Source: Candidatus Babeliales bacterium (GTDB lineage: Bacteria; Babelota; Babeliae; Babelales; JANWKD01). From it: 64,000 nt of DNA. The notes under the pieces were generated by a model that was given only the letters and a program-made list of their open reading frames with translations, was not told where the DNA came from and did no database searches. The position numbers and the translations under genes are program-made. The DNA lies in the NCBI GenBank assembly GCA_963722255.1, contig CAVRJO010000001.1:5398-69397 (forward strand), in the 5' to 3' direction. Positions 58,190-64,000 of the stretch are shown here, piece by piece (the first letter of the stretch is position 1; each line of letters begins with the position of its first letter).

Positions 58190-58354
58190 GTCATTTCTTT
58201 CAGAAATGCCTGGCAGGCCAGTTTCTTAAATGAGTATTTATAATCTTTGATAATAATTTTATCAAATAATAATTTATATAGTGTCATTGCGAGCATAGCG
58301 AAGCAACCCAGTAATAAAATTAAATCCCTATAACCGAAAAAAATCTTATCAAAA

Positions 58355-58431
58355 GCGCCCGTAGCTCAGGTGGATAGAGCGACAGATTCCTAATCTGTAG
58401 GCCACAGGTTCAAATCCTGTCGGGCGCACCA
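58355..58431 (+). tRNA. tRNA-Arg (anticodon CCT), CCA encoded
   Basis: Manual cloverleaf: GCGCCCG-TA-GCTC-AGGTGGATA-GAGC-G-ACAGA-TTCCTAA-TCTGT-AGGCC-ACAGG-TTCAAAT-CCTGT-CGGGCGC-ACCA. Confidence 0.85.
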
Positions 58432-59877
58432 TAGTTGACAATCACTCGCTTCTAGAATGCTATCAAATGGCTTTTGGGCCTCATAGACGATCTTTTCACC
58501 TTCAACCCGCAGGTTCAATAGTACAAGCTTGATAAGTTGCCGTCTTTCCTCAACTTGTGAACCAATAAATAAATCATAAGGATGACTAGTTAAATTTAAC
58601 AAATAATTTGCAGTGGTAAAGTAATTACTTTCTGCTTCTCGTAGGCTAGCAATTCGGGCATCAAGTTCACAAAGCTCATCACGAAAAGTTTGATAAAACC
58701 TGTCATAGATACTGTCAGAGATGCTTCCTTTAAGTTTGTCCATATATAGATTATCCATCATTTTAGTTAAAGTTGTTTGCTTTTTAGTAATCTCATTGAG
58801 CTGTTTGTTTTGGAATTCTATTTTGTTTTGATGTACTTCCTTGAGCGTTATTACTATTCGTTGTAAGACTTCAGGCGGCATTTGTAGACGTTTAAATATT
58901 TGTCCTAATTGTTGAGTTATATCTTCTTCTCTTAGCCACGCAGCACCATGATTACCTTTATACTGGGTACAATGATAATAAACATGTCCTTTATGCTTTC
59001 CTGGGGTTATTGACAGGTCACATTCAGCGCAACGCAAAAGGCCACGGTAAAGGTAAGGCAACCCAGCGAACTTAGCGGGTTTTTTGTTAAAGGAAGCTTT
59101 AACCCTTTGTACCTGATCAAATAGCATTTTAGTAATAATTGGAGGATAGCGATGCGGGTACATATTTTTGTTACGTTCCATGATGCCGTGGTAAAAGTGT
59201 GTTTTAAGAATTTGATCAACATAGCCTTGAGACCATATAATTCCATATTCAGTTTTTATTTTCTGGCGCAACAACGACATAGAATAAGCACCCGTAGCAT
59301 AAAGTTCATAGGCTTTTTGAACGATTTGAGCTGCATAATCATCTACTATAATGTCACTTTTACCTTCGGGTGTAGTTATGTTTCTGTATCCATACGGTGG
59401 CTTGCCTGGCAATTCACCTTTACGTAATTTTTGCTCATTGGCACGCTTAACATTGTCGCTTATGGCATCTGAATAGTATTTAGCTAAACCAAGACTGATA
59501 TTGAATTGAAACTTTTCAACAGCTGAAATGTTACTATTAATTATTTGCCCATCTGATACAAAATGAAGCTCTATTTTGTCTTCAAGGGCTTTTTCATACA
59601 GAAGAGATATTCGCTTATCAAATACATTGCGTGATAATCTATCGACTTTATCACAACAAACAACCACTTTTTCTTTTTGAGCAAGAATAAAGTCTATAAT
59701 ACGATCAAATTCACTTCGTTGATCAGTATATGCACTCTCATCAAAACTACATATTCTTATGATAAGGAAGTTCTTGTTTTGACAATATTTTTCTAAACGC
59801 ACCACTTGTGCAGGCAATGAATTACCGGCTTCTTTCTGTTCTTCTGTACTAACCCGAGCGATAAGAATAGCTTTCAT
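58390..59877 (-). CDS. Large serine recombinase (resolvase/invertase N-domain, recombinase domain, zinc ribbon, coiled coil)
   Basis: MKAILIARVSTEEQ carries the catalytic Ser context. DRLSRN is present. The zinc ribbon is LLRCAECDLSITPGKHKGHVYYHCTQ. The last 14 codons are antisense to the 3' half of tRNA-Arg(CCT). Confidence 0.88.
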   Translation of the reverse strand: MKAILIARVSTEEQKEAGNSLPAQVVRLEKYCQNKNFLIIRICSFDESAYTDQRSEFDRIIDFILAQKEKVVVCCDKVDRLSRNVFDKRISLLYEKALEDKIELHFVSDGQIINSNISAVEKFQFNISLGLAKYYSDAISDNVKRANEQKLRKGELPGKPPYGYRNITTPEGKSDIIVDDYAAQIVQKAYELYATGAYSMSLLRQKIKTEYGIIWSQGYVDQILKTHFYHGIMERNKNMYPHRYPPIITKMLFDQVQRVKASFNKKPAKFAGLPYLYRGLLRCAECDLSITPGKHKGHVYYHCTQYKGNHGAAWLREEDITQQLGQIFKRLQMPPEVLQRIVITLKEVHQNKIEFQNKQLNEITKKQTTLTKMMDNLYMDKLKGSISDSIYDRFYQTFRDELCELDARIASLREAESNYFTTANYLLNLTSHPYDLFIGSQVEERRQLIKLVLLNLRVEGEKIVYEAQKPFDSILEASDCQLWCARQDLNLWPTD

Positions 59878-59926
59878 TGTTGTTGCTTTATCTTAGGAAA
59901 TTAAATTATTTATAAGCTTCAACAAC

Positions 59927-60112
59927 TTACTGTAAATCTACGTTAAATTCTTTTTTATAAAGCAATCGAATGCCTTCACAAAACAATGCGGACTTATCGG
60001 TTTTATTGCGATCTCTAAGCCGCTTAATAAATACCTCATTCAATAGATTTTCGTCTTCCTCAGAAATATAAACTGTAGTTTTGCTTTTTTTGAGTAGCTC
60101 TGATTCTTGCAT
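59927..60112 (-). CDS. Small ribbon-helix-helix (CopG/Arc-like) protein
   Basis: In the 61-aa ORF, TTVYISEEDENLLNEVFIKRLRDRNKTDKSALFCEGIRLLY fits a beta-strand / helix / helix RHH layout. It lies immediately upstream of the recombinase. Confidence 0.5.
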   Translation of the reverse strand: MQESELLKKSKTTVYISEEDENLLNEVFIKRLRDRNKTDKSALFCEGIRLLYKKEFNVDLQ

Positions 60113-60347
60113 ATTATTTTTCCTGACAAAATTAGACTTTACTGAGTTAAAGATTACTTAAAATATAAAAAAGCGTCAAGCTATCAAGACAGCTTAATCA
60201 CAAAGCTATTTGATGGTAATTTTTTCTATACTATAGCATTAATGCAAGCCAAAAAACCATCCTAATTACGATAACAATACATAAATTTGAGTTTATCTAT
60301 CGCATACCAACCTTAAGAATAAACAGTTTATTCGGATACAGGCGCTC

Positions 60348-60758
60348 TTATTCCTTTAGATAGCCCTCTGCTATTTGTGCATATTTTTCTGCTTCTGCTG
60401 CATCTTCTTTTGTTTGTTCTTGTGGTGATTTTTTTTCTTCATTCTTTGCATACTCTGCCGCCAATCGAGCTTTAAATGCTGATCTTCTAGCATTTTTTTC
60501 TGCGATTTCTATTGCTGATTTTCCCTCATTAACTAATCTGGCATCCTCGATCCCCATTAATGTTAAGGTAATTACATTGATATCATCAATATAAGATTCA
60601 ACAGTTTCAGCTTCTTTTTTTGCGTATTCTTTTGCCTGATGTTTTTTTGCTGCAGTTTTAGCCTCTTTAAACTCCACAGGGAATGATTGAGAATTTACTA
60701 CAGTAACGATAGTCATGTTTACTATAAACACAATTATGGCTATGTTTGACTTGTTCAT
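60348..60758 (-). CDS. Small secreted K/A/E-rich helical protein
   Basis: Signal-like leader, then AKKHQAKEYAKKEAE ... ARLAAEYAKNEEKK ... AEKYAQIAEGY. Confidence 0.45.
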   Translation of the reverse strand: MNKSNIAIIVFIVNMTIVTVVNSQSFPVEFKEAKTAAKKHQAKEYAKKEAETVESYIDDINVITLTLMGIEDARLVNEGKSAIEIAEKNARRSAFKARLAAEYAKNEEKKSPQEQTKEDAAEAEKYAQIAEGYLKE

Positions 60759-60853
60759 GAGTTTGCCTCCTATTTTTTATAAATTTATAAGATGAGCCTA
60801 TTTCTAAACTCATCTTACGAGCATTTTGAAATTCACTTAATACAAAACAACTC

Positions 60854-61255
60854 TTATTGAGCAGCTTTAGCAGCATCTTGAGCTGATTTTTCAGCTTCTT
60901 CTGCTATCTTTTTAGCATTACGAGCTTGTTCTTGTTTTGTTTTATCGGTTGAAGCTTTTCTTGCTGCTTCTTTAGCAATTTCTTTTGCATAATTCGCAGC
61001 TCTTTGAGCTTCATCAGCAGCCTTTTTAGCAGAAAGTTCTGATTCCTTAGCTTTTGTTACATCTCTTTCTTCTTGTGCTTTTTTGTTTGCTAATTTTGCC
61101 TCAAATGCTTTTAATTCTGCATAACGAGCTGCAACTTCCGCATCCCGCTGTACCATTTCTTCGTCATTCTTCCATTCAATATATGGACCAGCATTTTGTG
61201 CCTGTAATGAAACGACAGCTGAACTAACTAACACTAGATATAATAACTTCTTCAT
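60854..61255 (-). CDS. Small secreted K/A/E-rich helical protein (similar composition to 60348..60758)
   Basis: Signal-like leader, then KAKESELSAKKAADEAQRAANYAKEIAKEAARKA...AKKIAEEAEKSAQDAAKAAQ. GAGGAG lies upstream of the start. Confidence 0.5.
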   Translation of the reverse strand: MKKLLYLVLVSSAVVSLQAQNAGPYIEWKNDEEMVQRDAEVAARYAELKAFEAKLANKKAQEERDVTKAKESELSAKKAADEAQRAANYAKEIAKEAARKASTDKTKQEQARNAKKIAEEAEKSAQDAAKAAQ

Positions 61256-61324
61256 GAGTTATCTCCTCTTTTAAGGGTTAAAAGTATAAAAAATCTCTTT
61301 AGTAATCGCTACTTAATTACTCTT

Positions 61325-61354
61325 AGCATACCATACCCCCCCCACTTGACGCAA
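61325..61354 (-). promoter_or_regulatory. Promoter-like element with a G8 homopolymer in the spacer (minus strand)
   Basis: The minus strand reads TTGCGT, an 18-nt spacer containing GGGGGGGG (C8 at 61336..61343 on the plus strand), then TATGCT. It lies about 70 nt upstream of ORF 60854..61255. Confidence 0.3.
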
Positions 61355-61551
61355 GAATAATAATTTATTTTTTTAAATTATTGACTCATAGAATTATACA
61401 AAAACCCCCGAGTCTAAGAATAATTTATATAAACTGAGATGCTTACTACATAGAAAATAGTAAAGAAAGGGGGGTAAGAGGAAAAGGAATAACCTAAAAA
61501 ACAGCTATATTACCACAATGCTAATTTCTATCTATATGTAAGTCATCCCAG

Positions 61552-63060
61552 CTAAAAATTTGGCGTTAAAAGAATGTAATCATCATTAGTCTTAATAAGC
61601 ACTTGTTTCAGAATATTAAATCCTATAATGGTTATGGACCCGGCAACTCCGAGTTCTTTTATAGTTTTTGTACGTATTGAATTGCCATTTTTTTCGAGAA
61701 TTTTAATAGCTTTATAAGTTTTGCTGCCCCATTGAACATTTATTAATGCCGCAACTTGATCACTATCATTTAAAGCAGCATCTATAATTTGATCACATAA
61801 CAAAAGATAGTCTTTAGAACCACATTTCAATGACATCTCTGGTCCACCAGCTCTAAGAAGACTTCCTCTATTATTCATGAGTCCGTTTTGATGTAATTCA
61901 CCATCATCTGTCATATATGGATAAAAACAATCGCGATAAACAATTGAATTATCCTTCGGATACCATATTGTTGTCCTTTTTGTGTTATCAAAGGGATTAT
62001 TTTTCTGGCTTCTATCTATCAATGCACTATTTGCATTGTTAATAAAATAAGGGTCACCATAAGGTCCTGATAAAACTGTATTTTTCTTTGTATCCCATAA
62101 AAGTGCTTGTCTTGATTGGTTTGATTTATACTGAGCAACTAAAATTAGTCCTAAATCATTAATAGCCTTGGCTATACTGTTATGTTCCGCCTGATCAATT
62201 ACTACAACACCTTTGCTTTTTTCCCAATATGCTGCTTGCGCATCTTCAAATTTATCTTCATTTCCAATGATACAGAATGTTCTACCAGGTCGATGCAGTG
62301 GGGGCCTATTTGAAACACATCCTACAATTTTGCCAGAATTATTTAGTACCTTATATTTGCCGAAAATATAGAAATTTTTTGGTAATTTGAGAACAGAATA
62401 CTCTGGATAGGAAACTTCTTTTTGGGCCTCTTTTTGCTCAATTTGTTTTTGATGCTCTTCTTGTTGTAAGCGATATTGTTCTTGCGCAATTGCTAACAAT
62501 CTAGCATTTTCAGCAGCTTGAGCTAAAGCCTTCAATCTTCTTTCTTCACTGTCTTTTTGCTCTTCTTTTTTTCTCAAACGTTCTTCTTCTAATCTTTTTT
62601 TCAAAGCTTGTTCTGCAGCAATTTTTGCTACTATTTGTTCTTGTATTTTTTTCTCTTCTCTTATAATTGCAAGCTCTTGTGGTGTTTTATAATCAGGATC
62701 AAAATAACGATTTGCTTGATCAATTAGATATTGTAAGTCATTTTTTGAAAAAGTGGGCTGAATTGTGATAGAAAAACCACCTAGTTTATGTTTTATAGCT
62801 TTTCGACTATTAACTCGGGATGAAGGATTCAAGGATTTATTCAAGAATTGGAAAAAAGTACATGCAAATTCTTCTGTAACACTTTGATCGAAATCGATTC
62901 TAACCCAAATAGGCAAAGCTGGCCTCTGATGACCGATTCCTGGACAATTTCCATAAGATCCTGGCTGCCACCCAATTATAGATGCATGTGGAATATTAGC
63001 AAATAGTAAGCAATTACTGAAAGTACATAATAAAACCAAAGTAAAAAATCGAATAACCAT
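61552..63060 (-). CDS. Secreted hypothetical protein with a central E/K/Q-rich coiled coil
   Basis: 502-aa ORF with a signal-like leader, a central region (EEKKIQEQIVAKIAAEQALKKRLEEERLRKKEEQK...) and a globular C-terminal half. No family recognised. Confidence 0.45.
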   Translation of the reverse strand: MVIRFFTLVLLCTFSNCLLFANIPHASIIGWQPGSYGNCPGIGHQRPALPIWVRIDFDQSVTEEFACTFFQFLNKSLNPSSRVNSRKAIKHKLGGFSITIQPTFSKNDLQYLIDQANRYFDPDYKTPQELAIIREEKKIQEQIVAKIAAEQALKKRLEEERLRKKEEQKDSEERRLKALAQAAENARLLAIAQEQYRLQQEEHQKQIEQKEAQKEVSYPEYSVLKLPKNFYIFGKYKVLNNSGKIVGCVSNRPPLHRPGRTFCIIGNEDKFEDAQAAYWEKSKGVVVIDQAEHNSIAKAINDLGLILVAQYKSNQSRQALLWDTKKNTVLSGPYGDPYFINNANSALIDRSQKNNPFDNTKRTTIWYPKDNSIVYRDCFYPYMTDDGELHQNGLMNNRGSLLRAGGPEMSLKCGSKDYLLLCDQIIDAALNDSDQVAALINVQWGSKTYKAIKILEKNGNSIRTKTIKELGVAGSITIIGFNILKQVLIKTNDDYILLTPNF

Positions 63061-63316
63061 AAATCCCCCAAATCTGTAACCATCTTTATATTAATAATAG
63101 CCAGACAGGAAAAATTCGTCAAAAGGCCCGCACCTAAAAGCATTTTAAATATTAAATTTATTTACAATATGAAATCAATCCAGAGGTGATGTTTTGCAAA
63201 AGATCATTTTTATGACATAACGAATAGCCAATCACAACTCAAAACGAAGCATTTTTATAGATAAGCATGAGAGCTTTTGTTATAATTGCCTATCTATTTC
63301 GATAAAGGAGAAAACT

Positions 63317-63904
63317 ATGGCTCACTGGGGCTGGTACTGGAAAATCAAAAAGAAACATATCCCAAGAAAACTCTGTTCACAATTAACCTCAATTGACTCC
63401 TTTAAGTTTTACAAGAATACCATGATGGCAGGATTCACCTTAACACCTTTAGAGGTTAAAGCTGAGCCTAGTTCAAATCACCTAACAGTCACCTATAGGA
63501 GGCGTAAAAAACATACTTATCTCATCCCTATTGAAACACAACCGTGTAATTATGGTGGCTTCCGTTCTTATTTTAAGTGTCCTCTATGTCAGCAACGTAT
63601 GCGTTTTTTATATCTAGCAGAGCAAAGTATTTTTCTTTGCCGAAAATGTTTGAACCTAAGTTACCTTTCACAACGCCTAAGACCAACTCATCATTATTAC
63701 ACCATGAGTAAAAAGATTAAAGAACACATACAAAACAAAGGCGGTGATCTTTATAAAAAACCGCCTGGCATGCATAAGACTAATTATCAAAAACTCAGAG
63801 ACAAGCATTTTTATTATGAGAACAAGTCCAATCAAGCTATAAACCAGGAACTGCGAGCATGGTATGGTGCAAAAATTGAGCCTTATATTGGATGGCTTTT
63901 TTGA
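63317..63904 (+). CDS. Hypothetical zinc-ribbon protein
   Basis: CNYGGFRSYFKCPLCQQRMRFLYLAEQSIFLCRKCLNLSY contains CxxxxxxxxxCPxC...CxxC, a four-Cys ribbon. Confidence 0.45.
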   Translation: MAHWGWYWKIKKKHIPRKLCSQLTSIDSFKFYKNTMMAGFTLTPLEVKAEPSSNHLTVTYRRRKKHTYLIPIETQPCNYGGFRSYFKCPLCQQRMRFLYLAEQSIFLCRKCLNLSYLSQRLRPTHHYYTMSKKIKEHIQNKGGDLYKKPPGMHKTNYQKLRDKHFYYENKSNQAINQELRAWYGAKIEPYIGWLF

Positions 63905-64000
63905 TTATGTGGATGAAAGTAAGAGGTGTAAGAAAAATAATCACCGTGCATTGAACAAATAGTCTTACTGCCTTCATAAGTTGAAATAGTTGAAGTAGAT

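Noticed and set aside
58432-64000. Search for attR, a direct repeat of the tRNA-Arg(CCT) 3' end, inside the window
   Set aside because: I found only an 8-nt match (AATCTGTA near 63071). This is too short to be meaningful. The far boundary is probably outside the window.

Overview
AT-rich, densely coding bacterial chromosome segment. It holds about 55 protein genes, two tRNA-Arg genes and two IS elements. I saw no rRNA and no CRISPR array.

Recognisable housekeeping genes:
- SEDS FtsW/RodA, leucyl aminopeptidase PepA, RpiB, LolC/E permease, Pgk, DnaA
- an Amidase_3 cell-wall amidase, ribosomal protein L21, KtrA/KtrB, a DedA/YqaA-type membrane protein
- GlyRS (GlyQS type), an HtrA-like protease, TlyA

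Between them lie many lineage-specific ORFs. Most start with a signal-peptide-like or membrane-anchor-like hydrophobic segment. There are also an ankyrin-repeat protein, several tandem paralog families and a 2080-aa giant protein. This mix suggests a host-associated, amoeba-symbiont-like bacterium such as Dependentiae/TM6, but that is only a guess.

Most notable observations:
1. A tight four-gene plus-strand operon (31515-36541): a kinase-like ORF, two TPR-GT9 glycosyltransferase paralogs, and a methyltransferase / kinase-like / DUF6165-like fusion.
2. An 11-kb co-directional minus-strand block (21981-10972). It encodes a TrxR-Trx fusion, a second TrxR paralog, an alpha/beta hydrolase, a degenerate thioredoxin-fold protein with a Gly/Cys/Trp/Tyr-rich tail, and the giant protein. 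All five have N-terminal hydrophobic segments.
3. An IS4-family element with perfect inverted repeats and a 9-bp target duplication. It cuts 33 codons off an HExxH membrane protein gene. An IS5-family element sits 125 bp away.
4. A large serine recombinase whose 3' end runs antisense into tRNA-Arg(CCU). It opens a probable integrated island that reaches the window edge. The island contains a G8 tract inside a promoter-like spacer.
5. At least four conserved genes (glyQS, ktrB, rpiB, an NPP/alkaline-phosphatase-family gene) plus the IS4 transposase are broken or lack a start exactly at homopolymer runs. This could be assembly error, decay, or slippage-rescued expression.

All functional calls rest on motif recognition by eye. 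No searches were run.
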